From the NCBI GenBank assembly GCA_949288095.1, contig CASEIX010000058.1, positions 14,722 through 78,721 on the forward strand: DNA of 64,000 nucleotides, written 5' to 3'. The notes under the pieces were generated by a model. It was not told the DNA's origin. It saw only the letters and a list, made by a program, of their open reading frames with translations, and made no database searches. Of this stretch, positions 19,948 through 29,124 are shown in pieces. The translations under genes and the position numbers were made by a program. The DNA comes from an uncultured Eubacteriales bacterium (lineage in GTDB: Bacteria > Bacillota > Clostridia > TANB77 > CAG-508). Every line of letters begins with the position of its first letter. Position 1 is the stretch's first letter.

Positions 19948-20096
19948 ATTGTATAGGAAAAATCGACTTTTATCTTGACCCTATGTGGATTTTTCCTATA
20001 CAACAAGGTTAGGCTTCCTATATTTGTGAAGTACTGCAAAGCAGTCTTCACATGTGTGCGTCGAAATCTTTGATTTCGTTAACGCACGCCTTTCTT
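19948..20096 (+). repeat. intergenic repeat element, copy A (full): 16-bp inverted repeat enclosing a promoter-like box, then a hairpin-rich ~95-nt candidate sRNA body
   Basis: The inverted repeat is ttgtataggaaaaatc ... gatttttcctatacaa. It encloses TTGACC-N16-TATACA. Downstream lie gtgaag..cttcac and gtgcgtcgaaatc-tttg-gatttcgttaacgcac hairpins and a cctttctt tail. Copies at 27484-27590 and 40878-41027 share this sequence. Confidence 0.6.
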
Positions 20097-20104
20097 ATGG
20101 TATA

Positions 20105-20899
20105 CTATAATTCAATTGGCACTAGAAAATCAGTTATATCATCATGATAATATTCTAATTCTGGTAATTCTTTAATCTTATATTCAGAACTTGGAATAAA
20201 TTTAGCATAAAATTTTCTAATTTGTTTTTGAATGTCTATTGCTTCTTGAGAGTTGATTCTAATAGAAATCCATTTTGATTTTGGTATTTCATATGTTTCT
20301 AAATCTTTTTGATGATTTTCATACAAAACCCAAAAATAACATTTTGTTTCTCCAAATCTCTCTATATATTCTGTCATTCCATATTGAAAATCTCCACTAT
20401 ATTTTGTTCTCATGAGCTTACAAAAAGCGGGTGCATCTGTTCGAATATCACTAATGGTTGTTTCTACTTTTTTTCCATAAAGTATCATTTTTTCTCTTTC
20501 AATAATGGAATATTCTATATTTTCATTATCTTCTTCTTTTTCATCAAAATGAATTTTCGAAAATACTTTTAAGCCTATTGGTTCTTTTTTTATTTGACTT
20601 GGTTTTACCCCATAAAATTTTTCAAACGCTCTTGAAAATGAAGTAGCATTATCATATTGATATTTCAATGCAATATCAATGATTTTTTCTTGTCCATTAA
20701 TTAAATCAATTCCTGCTTTTGTTAACCTTCTCTTTCTAATGTATTCTGATAAAGAAATATTGCATAACATACTAAATAACCTTTGCAACATAACTTCATT
20801 TGTTCCTAAAAATTGTGCTAATTTACTATATTCTATCTTATTTTCTAAATTTTCTTCTATATATTCTAACATTTCATTTAATGCTGTATATATATTCAT
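20105..20899 (-). CDS. AraC/XylS-family transcriptional regulator with C-terminal GyrI-like effector-binding domain
   Basis: The N-terminal HTH_AraC region reads YSKLAQFLGTNEVMLQRLFS ... ATSFSRAFEKFYGVKPSQ. The C-terminal ~140 aa are GyrI-like. Confidence 0.85.
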   Translation of the reverse strand: MNIYTALNEMLEYIEENLENKIEYSKLAQFLGTNEVMLQRLFSMLCNISLSEYIRKRRLTKAGIDLINGQEKIIDIALKYQYDNATSFSRAFEKFYGVKPSQIKKEPIGLKVFSKIHFDEKEEDNENIEYSIIEREKMILYGKKVETTISDIRTDAPAFCKLMRTKYSGDFQYGMTEYIERFGETKCYFWVLYENHQKDLETYEIPKSKWISIRINSQEAIDIQKQIRKFYAKFIPSSEYKIKELPELEYYHDDITDFLVPIEL

Positions 20900-21859
20900 C
20901 TATTCGTTCCCCTTTTCACAAATCGCTAATTCTATCGCTTTATGGCAATTTTCAATATTGGCAATATTCGTATTTCCTGCAAATTCTCCATCGACTGTCC
21001 AATCCACATTTTTTTCAGTTGTGACTGTAATTTTATTTGCTTTAAAATAAACAAAATCTCGATTTACCATATAATCTTTATGTCTAAAATCACTTAATAA
21101 ACGAAAATATCCTGAAAGTTTCTTTGGCTTTCTAATAAAAATAGCTTCAAATTTTCCATCTGCTAAATCAATATCTTCTCTATGAAACCATTTGAAACCT
21201 GCTATTGATTCAGAGTTGCTAATCCCACCATAGATAAATTCTCCTTCTAGTTCCTCTTCATCAAATTGTATTCTTACTTTATAGGTTGGAATTCGGATCA
21301 ATTCTTTTATTGCTTTCATATAATAGGCTAATCTACCAAATTTGTTCTTTGCTTTTTGTGAAGTTTTATAGGCTACATCTGTAATGACTCCAAAAGCTGC
21401 TACATAGCAAAAATATTTGTTATCATTAAATTTTCCCACATCTAATATCTTTGCCCTTGATTCTAACAATTTTTTTGTTATCGAAATATCTTTTATCGGC
21501 ATATCTAGACTTCTTGCTAAATCATTAGTCGTTCCCATAGGAATATAAGCAACACTAACATCTTTTATATTCATTTCCATTAGTGCAGAAACAGTTTCAT
21601 TAAATGTGCCATCTCCTCCACAAACCAGTATTAAATCAGCTTCTTCTATATGGTCTATAACAATGTTTCTTGCATTATACTCTTTTTTGGTAAGCTGAAT
21701 ATTAACTTGCATATTCTGTTCTTCTAAATTTTTTCTAATTTCTTTTATATAATTTTTTATATTTCCTTTTCCAGATGTTGGATTGATAATTGCTAACACG
21801 CGAATACTCAAAATTTTATTTCCTTCTTTCTTTTTTGTTAATCTACATAATTTTAGCAT
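20900..21859 (-). CDS. diacylglycerol kinase catalytic-domain family lipid kinase (YegS/BmrU-like)
   Basis: LAIINPTSGKG and LILVCGGDGT motifs are present. 319 aa. Confidence 0.8.
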   Translation of the reverse strand: MLKLCRLTKKKEGNKILSIRVLAIINPTSGKGNIKNYIKEIRKNLEEQNMQVNIQLTKKEYNARNIVIDHIEEADLILVCGGDGTFNETVSALMEMNIKDVSVAYIPMGTTNDLARSLDMPIKDISITKKLLESRAKILDVGKFNDNKYFCYVAAFGVITDVAYKTSQKAKNKFGRLAYYMKAIKELIRIPTYKVRIQFDEEELEGEFIYGGISNSESIAGFKWFHREDIDLADGKFEAIFIRKPKKLSGYFRLLSDFRHKDYMVNRDFVYFKANKITVTTEKNVDWTVDGEFAGNTNIANIENCHKAIELAICEKGNE

Positions 21860-21896
21860 ATTTTATGTGAATAGTAAAGGTGAATTTCAGAAAATA

Positions 21897-22153
21897 ACAA
21901 CTCTCCATTTACTGCCACATACAGCAGGCAATATATCTTATAAAGAAATGAATCGATTTTGCGTATCTAAATTTGAAGTTAGAAATACTAAAAAAAAGTA
22001 TGAGGAATGTTCACGGTACTCACATAGTGAGGGTCTGAGTGAAAGAGGCTCATACTTTTTTTGTAGAATTTCTACGAAAATTTAGCTTATACAAAATCAT
22101 GAATGGATTTATAAGATATATTGCCTGCTGTACATGGCAGTAAATGGAGAGTT
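21897..22153. mobile_element. MITE-like element: ~257 bp bounded by ~47-bp near-perfect terminal inverted repeats, with an internal A-run/hairpin/T-run
   Basis: The left repeat is aactctccatttactgccacatacagcaggcaatatatcttataaa (21897-21945). The right repeat at 22108-22153 is its reverse complement with 2 mismatches. An internal hairpin agtatgag/ctcatact is flanked by A8 and T7. Confidence 0.45.
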
Positions 22154-22161
22154 ACTATTTT

Positions 22162-24780
22162 TTATTCTGTTCTTAATGCTTCTACTGGATCTCTTTTACT
22201 TGCCATTCTTGCTGGAATTAAACCTGCAATAATCGTTAGTATCATGCTAATTAACACAAGAATAATTCCACCTACTATTGGAAGTGACACGGTAACACTA
22301 ACACCTGTTATAGCATAAATTATTTTCGTGATTGGTATATTTAATAATATGGTTACACCAATTCCTAGTAATCCAGCAATTAATCCTACAATAAAGGTTT
22401 CTGCATTAAACACCCTTGATATATCTTTTTTAGATGCTCCGATTGCTCTTAAAATTCCAATTTCTTTTGTCCTTTCTAATACAGATATATAGGTAATAAT
22501 GCCTATCATAATAGATGAAACTACTAATGAAATCGCAACAAATGCAATTAATACATAACTAATGGTATCAATAATTTGGCTAACGGATTTCATCATAATA
22601 CCGATTAAATCTGTATAATTGATGACATTTTCTTCTTTTCCATCATCTCTTTGTTTTTGATTATAGTTATCAATTTCTTGTGTTATCCTATCTTTTCCGT
22701 CAAAGTCTTTTGGATAAATACTAATTGATGATGGTTTATCAAGATTGACAGCACCTAATAATTCTAGATTTCCATCATAACTAGCATTCGCATTATTACT
22801 ATATGTTTCCATAATTTCAGCTAATTCTTCTGTGCTTAACATGGCAAGCCTAGCTCTTTGCTCATCACTTAATTGGCTATAATCAAATGTTTTCGTATCT
22901 TCATCTGGGAATACTAATCCTGTAAATACATTGATGTCTGGATTATCTTTTTGTTCTTTTACGATTTCTGCTTCATTCGTTTTATTAATAACATATTCTT
23001 TTAAGTCTTTTGTATAGCCAATTCCACCACTCATTCCTGTTGCTACACTTTGTTCATTTTGTTTAATAATTCCTACTACATTTATGTTTTCACAGTTGTT
23101 AAGTAATTCTTTCATATAGTTTTCATCTTCACTTTTGTCTATCCATAATCCATTTTCTTTTTTATAATAATCAGAATTTAGTACCAATTTAAAAGACAAA
23201 TTTAATAATTCATCATAAGTATATGATGTTGTTTCTGATTCTTCTACTGTTTCTCCATTTTGTACTTTATTCCATTTTTCTTCTAATTCCTTTTGGTCTT
23301 TTAATCCTAAGGCATATAAAGTATAGTCACTAATTTCATTATTTTCATTTACGATTAAAACGACTTCATTATAATTTGTAGGCCAACTTCCTGCTACTAA
23401 ATCATATTGAGAATGTAATAATTCTTCATTATCTAGCATTTCTTCCCAGACATCTGTATTTGACATACTGGTCATACTAGAGCCAAACATAGAATTCATG
23501 GTTGAACTCTCTTGTGCTTCCATCATATCTTCCATTCCTAATGCATTCATAACTGTACTTGGATTTACTCGAACAACGCCATTAGAGGTATCTTCTTTAT
23601 ATAAGTTAATGTTTAAATGATAATTATATTTGATAGCACTTGCATTATCTTTTATGGTGATATTTTCATTTTCAATATAGTTTTTTAAAGCTTCTAAATT
23701 ATTGTTTGAAACTTTACTTGATAAAGTAGATATCATATCATTCATAATATCTCTTGAATAAATTTTACCATCCTCATGTCCTTCTGTATTTTCTTCTGTT
23801 TCTCCCATTAATCCTTCCATCATACTAGAGATGTCTACTGTTGATTCATCAATTGTCACTGGATAAGAAGATAATGTATCTTCTTCTACTCGATTGATAT
23901 AACTTTGTACACCATTTGAAATTGATAAAATTAAGGCAATACCAATAATTCCTATACTTCCTGCAAATGATGTTAATAATGTTCTTCCCTTTTTGGTCAT
24001 CAAGTTATTTAGGCTAAGTCTTAAGGCTGTAAAAAATTTCATGGCAGTTCTGCCATCTTTTGCTTTTGCATCTTTTTCCTTTTCTCTATCTTCCTCTGTG
24101 AATGGTTTTGAATCATCTGTGATGACACCATCTAAAATCTTTACAATTCTAGTAGAATATTTTTCTGCCAATTCAGGGTTATGAGTAACCATGACAATTA
24201 ACTTGTCTTTTGAAATTTCTTTTAAAATCTCCATAATTTGGACACTTGTTTTTGTGTCTAATGCACCTGTTGGTTCATCTGCTAAAATGATATCTGGGTT
24301 ATTTACCAAAGCCCTTGCGATGGCAACTCTTTGCATTTGTCCACCTGATAATTGATTTGGCTTTTTATGAATTTGTTCTTTTAATCCAACATCTTCCAAT
24401 GCTTTGATTGCTCTTTCTTTTCTTTCTTCTCTAGAGACTCCTGATATGGTAAGTGCTAATTCAACATTAGAAAGCACGGTTTGATGTGGGATTAGATTAT
24501 AGTTTTGAAAGACAAATCCCACAGAATAATTTCTGTAAGCATCCCAATCTTTGTCTTTAAATTTTTTTGTTGATTTTCCATTAATTACTAAATCTCCTGA
24601 TGTATATCTATCTAGTCCACCAATAATATTTAACAAGGTTGTCTTTCCACACCCACTTTGACCTAAAATAGATACAAATTCACTTTTTCGAAATTCAATA
24701 CGAATTCCTTTTAATGCTTGAACTGTTGAATCTCCTGAAATATAATCTTTTGTAATATTTTTTAATTCTAACATTTTCAT
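22162..24780 (-). CDS. ABC transporter, fused ATP-binding domain plus FtsX/MacB-type permease with large extracytoplasmic domain
   Basis: Walker A is GQSGCGKTT, the signature is LSGGQMQRVAIARAL and Walker B is IILADEPTGALD. These are followed by a TM helix, a ~400-aa extracellular domain and a C-terminal FtsX-type 3-TM bundle. Confidence 0.85.
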   Translation of the reverse strand: MKMLELKNITKDYISGDSTVQALKGIRIEFRKSEFVSILGQSGCGKTTLLNIIGGLDRYTSGDLVINGKSTKKFKDKDWDAYRNYSVGFVFQNYNLIPHQTVLSNVELALTISGVSREERKERAIKALEDVGLKEQIHKKPNQLSGGQMQRVAIARALVNNPDIILADEPTGALDTKTSVQIMEILKEISKDKLIVMVTHNPELAEKYSTRIVKILDGVITDDSKPFTEEDREKEKDAKAKDGRTAMKFFTALRLSLNNLMTKKGRTLLTSFAGSIGIIGIALILSISNGVQSYINRVEEDTLSSYPVTIDESTVDISSMMEGLMGETEENTEGHEDGKIYSRDIMNDMISTLSSKVSNNNLEALKNYIENENITIKDNASAIKYNYHLNINLYKEDTSNGVVRVNPSTVMNALGMEDMMEAQESSTMNSMFGSSMTSMSNTDVWEEMLDNEELLHSQYDLVAGSWPTNYNEVVLIVNENNEISDYTLYALGLKDQKELEEKWNKVQNGETVEESETTSYTYDELLNLSFKLVLNSDYYKKENGLWIDKSEDENYMKELLNNCENINVVGIIKQNEQSVATGMSGGIGYTKDLKEYVINKTNEAEIVKEQKDNPDINVFTGLVFPDEDTKTFDYSQLSDEQRARLAMLSTEELAEIMETYSNNANASYDGNLELLGAVNLDKPSSISIYPKDFDGKDRITQEIDNYNQKQRDDGKEENVINYTDLIGIMMKSVSQIIDTISYVLIAFVAISLVVSSIMIGIITYISVLERTKEIGILRAIGASKKDISRVFNAETFIVGLIAGLLGIGVTILLNIPITKIIYAITGVSVTVSLPIVGGIILVLISMILTIIAGLIPARMASKRDPVEALRTE

Positions 24781-25068
24781 TCTCCTTTAAATATTTTATT
24801 GTGAATGGAAAAAAAGTTTTTCTATTCATAATAAAAGAACAACAGTGGCATGACGAAAATATTTGAATCTTTTAGATTCTCAATATGCCTCGACCGTTGT
24901 TCGTGCGCCAAATTTTACTTAGAGTAAAATTTGTGTGCAATGATTACTATTATAGAGAAATCTTTGATTTTTCTATAATAGCTAACTAGTCATGTATAGT
25001 TTTAACATGACTAGTAAATATATTCAATATTTTTCACATAAAATTTACAAACAATACTTTAGTCTTTT

Positions 25069-25890
25069 TTATTCTGCATTTTCTTTATAATTAATATATA
25101 AAGCTGCATTTTGTGCATTAATATTTATTTTAGCATTTCCACTTCCAATTGTTTGCTCTCCATTATCCATTCTTCCCATTTTTAGATACATTGAGCTATC
25201 TTCTGTAACAGTATTGACTTGATACTCTTCTTCTGTACCTATTAAATTTAATTCTGCAGTTGCACTATTTAAATTCATAGTTGCTGTTTCTGTTATTTTT
25301 AAATTTAATTTGTCATTTCCGCTATCTGATTGTATTGTCACATTTTTTATTCTTCCATTGCCTATTGTCATTCTTCCATCCTGATTTTTTAGTTCCATAA
25401 CATCTGACAAAATATGATTTATGGTACAATAATTCCCATCAATATTTAATTTTATATTTGTAGCATTCAATGTTTCAATAGAAATATTTCTATCTTTTGC
25501 TGTCAGATTTATATCATTAAACTTGGTTTCTTGGGGTAAATATATAATTATTTTCTGACTATTGCTATCTTCACTCATGACAACATCTTCATCTGTTATA
25601 TTTAACATAGTTTCACTTTGTTCTATTTTTAGCCCTTCAAGTGTATCTGCATATTCTACTTTTACTTGTTCTCCTTGTTTAACTTCTAGCTCTAGTTTTT
25701 GTAAATTAATTTCTATAGACTGTACATTTTCAAAAGTCTGTGAAATCATATTTTCATTTTCTGTATTTTCAGTATTTTCTAAGTTAGAACCATATGTCCT
25801 TACGATAAAAATAAGAATGGCAGCAATTAATACAATAATCAATAATATAATTGCCCATTTTGCAAGAATCGGTAATTTCTTCATCTGCAC
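25069..25890 (-). CDS. DUF4097-family (putative adhesin/LiaG-like) beta-strand repeat protein with N-terminal TM anchor
   Basis: An N-terminal TM helix is followed by a repetitive beta-rich region resembling YvlB/LiaG. It is a paralog of the upstream gene. Confidence 0.55.
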   Translation of the reverse strand: MQMKKLPILAKWAIILLIIVLIAAILIFIVRTYGSNLENTENTENENMISQTFENVQSIEINLQKLELEVKQGEQVKVEYADTLEGLKIEQSETMLNITDEDVVMSEDSNSQKIIIYLPQETKFNDINLTAKDRNISIETLNATNIKLNIDGNYCTINHILSDVMELKNQDGRMTIGNGRIKNVTIQSDSGNDKLNLKITETATMNLNSATAELNLIGTEEEYQVNTVTEDSSMYLKMGRMDNGEQTIGSGNAKININAQNAALYINYKENAE

Positions 25891-25928
25891 ACACCTCTTA
25901 CATAAAAATCTTTACCTTTTTCTCTTAT

Positions 25929-26789
25929 TTACAAACTACTTTCATTTGTTGCCTCTCTAAAATTTATAGATATATCTGCATTGACATTATCTAAATTAAT
26001 TTTGGTACTTCCACTTCCCCATGTTTCAGCATTAGATGTTATTGTTTCACCATCTATATAGATATTTCCAGAGCGATTTTTTGTGCTAATTTGATAATCT
26101 TCTTGTGTTCCTATTAAATTCATATCTGTATAGGAATATTCTAAATTCATTTCAGCATTTCCTGTAATATCTAAACTAACATCTTCTACTCCTGATTCAG
26201 AATCAAATAATAGTCTTCCAATTTCTGCATCATAAATATCAATATTTCCTTCTTCATTTTTAAATTCCATATTATCTGCTATGATTTCATCTATCTCACA
26301 GTAATTGTTATAGATATCTAATGTTAAATTTCTTGTATTCAATTTTTGAATATCTGCTGACATATAATTAATTTCTAAATCTATATTATCTAATTTTACA
26401 TCTTCTGGAATATAAATTGTTACAACCATATTCTCATCAGAAAAACTAGAAGGTAATTCTTCATCACTAACCTTTAATGTATCTCCATTTTGTTCTATTT
26501 TCATTTTATCAGGAATATTGGTTCCTTCTATTCTGAATGTATCTCCATTTCTTATAATCAATTCTGTTTCTTCAACATTTACTTCTAATCTTTTTATATT
26601 TTCATAGTTTCTTGTAATATTTTCTGTATGATATTCTTCTCTATCTCTTACTAAATCTCTAAATTCATCATTTCTAGAAGCTTCTACAAATTCTCTAGCA
26701 ATTCCTAACAATACCAATACAATTGTTATAGAAAGATAGATTCCGAATGCAATTGCGGCATATTTAATAAATTTTTGAAATCCTGTCAT
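25929..26789 (-). CDS. DUF4097-family (LiaG/YvlB-like) protein with N-terminal TM anchor
   Basis: Same architecture as 25069-25890. Its start overlaps the stop of the upstream gene by 4 nt (ATGA), indicating translational coupling. Confidence 0.55.
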   Translation of the reverse strand: MTGFQKFIKYAAIAFGIYLSITIVLVLLGIAREFVEASRNDEFRDLVRDREEYHTENITRNYENIKRLEVNVEETELIIRNGDTFRIEGTNIPDKMKIEQNGDTLKVSDEELPSSFSDENMVVTIYIPEDVKLDNIDLEINYMSADIQKLNTRNLTLDIYNNYCEIDEIIADNMEFKNEEGNIDIYDAEIGRLLFDSESGVEDVSLDITGNAEMNLEYSYTDMNLIGTQEDYQISTKNRSGNIYIDGETITSNAETWGSGSTKINLDNVNADISINFREATNESSL

Positions 26790-27469
26790 TTAATATCGAC
26801 ACCTCCAAACATGCAAAAACTATCTACATAAATGGTTGGTAATTTCTCATCATATTTTCTACCAGTTTTGTTTGAAGTTGCTCCAAAAATTGGTATTGAT
26901 TTTACTTTTATATTTACATTTTCTGGTGCTAATATCTCAATTCCACCAAATACAGCACATGTTTTTACTAATTTATCCTCATTGATAATGGCTTTTCTTA
27001 AATCTAAATCAACACTTCCGAATATAGCATTTATATTTGCACCATTAAATTCTTGATTATTAAAATCTGCTTTAATTTCACCAAAAGTTGCACCATATTC
27101 TTCTAAGTTTTGTCCTTTTTCTTTTAATTCCTTATTTTTCTTTTCCATTTTTCTATCAATTTTATCTTTGAATATAAGATTAATTCCTATCAAAATTAAT
27201 AATACAGGAATCGTTAGTTTCCAAATTAAATCGAAATCTAAAATATCTCTACAAGCTAACAATAGTAAAATACCAATAATTAACCATACAGTACTCCAAA
27301 ATTTATTTTCTCTTGCAATTAATTCTATTGCACTTGGGATGATAATTAATAATGTCCACCAACCATCAAAAAAGATATTGATATTTGTAATTTCCAAAGC
27401 ATTTAAAGTAAGAATGACACCAATTACCACTAATACAATTCCCCATAAAGTGTTTGCTACTTTTCTCAT
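26786..27469 (-). CDS. LiaF-like cell wall-active antibiotic response membrane protein
   Basis: Four N-terminal TM helices are followed by a C-terminal DUF2154-like domain (AVFGGIEILAPENVNIKVKSIPIFGATSN ... FCMFGGVDIK). The likely true start is MRKVANT, preceded by GGAGG. The track ORF starts further upstream at a TTG. Confidence 0.6.
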   Translation of the reverse strand: MRKVANTLWGIVLVVIGVILTLNALEITNINIFFDGWWTLLIIIPSAIELIARENKFWSTVWLIIGILLLLACRDILDFDLIWKLTIPVLLILIGINLIFKDKIDRKMEKKNKELKEKGQNLEEYGATFGEIKADFNNQEFNGANINAIFGSVDLDLRKAIINEDKLVKTCAVFGGIEILAPENVNIKVKSIPIFGATSNKTGRKYDEKLPTIYVDSFCMFGGVDIK

Positions 27470-27483
27470 AATAACCTCCATTC

Positions 27484-27590
27484 GAGCAAGATTGCTCAAT
27501 ATTTTTTCTTAATTGTATAGAAAAATTAACTCTTATCTTGAACCATATAGATTTCTTTCATATACAACAAGGTTTAATTTCTTATATTCT
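27484..27590 (+). repeat. intergenic repeat element, copy B (partial: small hairpin plus T-run, then imperfect inverted repeat with TTGAAC-N17-TATACA box; sRNA body absent)
   Basis: The sequence gagcaagattgctcaatattttttc is followed by aattgtatagaaaaattaactcttatcttgaaccatatagatttctttcatatacaacaaggttt. It is about 80% identical to the first half of copy A. Confidence 0.5.
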
Positions 27591-27782
27591 ATCGTATTCT
27601 GTTCTTTTTTGCAATAGGACAAATTTCACTTTTTGAGGCTTAAATAAAGTTCTCAAAAAAGCATAAAAATTTTTCTGTGCATTATTGTTTTTGCATGATA
27701 GAAAATAAAATTTTATATCATGCAAAAAAGGATTTCATTCAGATAATTTTCCAAATAAATCCCTTTTGTTCTTAAGACTCTT

Positions 27783-28946
27783 TTATATATATGAATTTTC
27801 GATTTTAGGTACTGCATAATATTTGTCATTCACACTATGTATTTTTTGTTGAACCATCGTTTTTAATTCCTCATGACTCATATTACTGTCTGATGAAACG
27901 ACTAAATCAAATATTAAATTGATTCTATCACCACCATCTGTCATTCTAAAATCATGAATTGAAAATTCCGGATTGATTTCTTTTACAATCTCTTCTGTTT
28001 TCTTCCTCATTTCATTAATCTCTTCATCATCTGTTACAATTGGATCCATATGAATTGTGGTAATACAATTAAATTCCTCATAAATATCTTGTTCCATTTG
28101 GTCTATCACATCATGAGCTTTACAAATATCACAGTTTGCAGGAACTTCTGCATGGAAAGATACAATCTTTCTTCCTGGTCCATAATCATGTACCATGATA
28201 TCATGAATACCTGATATCATTTCATATTTTTTAGTAAATGCCTCTAATTTTTCTACAAATTCTGTATCTGGTTTCATTCCTAATAATAAATCTATGGTTT
28301 CTTTTAAAGCTTTAAATCCAGTAAATAAGATAAATATAGCAACTAAGATACTAGCATATCCATCAATAGATATTCCAAATATTTTAGCAACAATAGCAGA
28401 TAATAATACAACAAAAGTTGATATAGAATCTGAAATACTATCATAAGCATTTCCTTTAATTGCTGCAGAATCTATTGTTTTTGCAATTTTGTTGTAAAAG
28501 ATAAATAGCCATAATTTTGTTAAAACAGCAATCACTAAAATTCCAATGGTAACAGTACTAATATCTGGTAATTCTGGGTGAATGATCTTATCAAAAGAAC
28601 TTTTGAATAATTCAACACCTACTAATACAATTAAAATATCTACAATAAATGCTGTAATATATTCCATTCTGCCATGTCCCCATGGATGGTCTTTATCTAT
28701 TTTTTTCTGTGAAACTTTAAAGCCAATCATGGTAACAATAGATGAACCTGCATCTGTCACATTGTTTAATGCATCTGAAATAATAGAAATGGAATTGGCA
28801 AATATTCCAATGATTAATTTTACTGCTGATAATAGGATATTGACAACAATTCCTGTTATACTTGAAAGCATTCCATATTTGGCTCTTGTTTCTGGTTTTT
28901 CTACATTTTTATCTTTTATAAACAATTTTATTAATAAGTTTGTCAT
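27783..28946 (-). CDS. cation diffusion facilitator (CDF) family metal efflux transporter
   Basis: Six TM helices with SIISDALNNVTDAGSS and HPWGHGRMEY motifs, plus a C-terminal cytoplasmic domain. Confidence 0.85.
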   Translation of the reverse strand: MTNLLIKLFIKDKNVEKPETRAKYGMLSSITGIVVNILLSAVKLIIGIFANSISIISDALNNVTDAGSSIVTMIGFKVSQKKIDKDHPWGHGRMEYITAFIVDILIVLVGVELFKSSFDKIIHPELPDISTVTIGILVIAVLTKLWLFIFYNKIAKTIDSAAIKGNAYDSISDSISTFVVLLSAIVAKIFGISIDGYASILVAIFILFTGFKALKETIDLLLGMKPDTEFVEKLEAFTKKYEMISGIHDIMVHDYGPGRKIVSFHAEVPANCDICKAHDVIDQMEQDIYEEFNCITTIHMDPIVTDDEEINEMRKKTEEIVKEINPEFSIHDFRMTDGGDRINLIFDLVVSSDSNMSHEELKTMVQQKIHSVNDKYYAVPKIENSYI

Positions 28947-29124
28947 GTTTTCCCCTTCTTTTTATAAATATTAAACTATATTGTTATATCACATTTTATG
29001 ATATAACACAATCTTTTATTAATTATATTTTTTGATTTATAATAAGTTTGTTACAGTTCAGACCTAATTGCCAGAAAGGTTACATACATATTATTTTGAA
29101 CTAGCGTGTAAGCGACCAATCATG

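Noticed and set aside
21783-22085. 100-aa plus-strand ORF
   Set aside because: It overlaps the lipid-kinase start region and the MITE-like element. It is the only plus-strand call and has no SD, so it is spurious.
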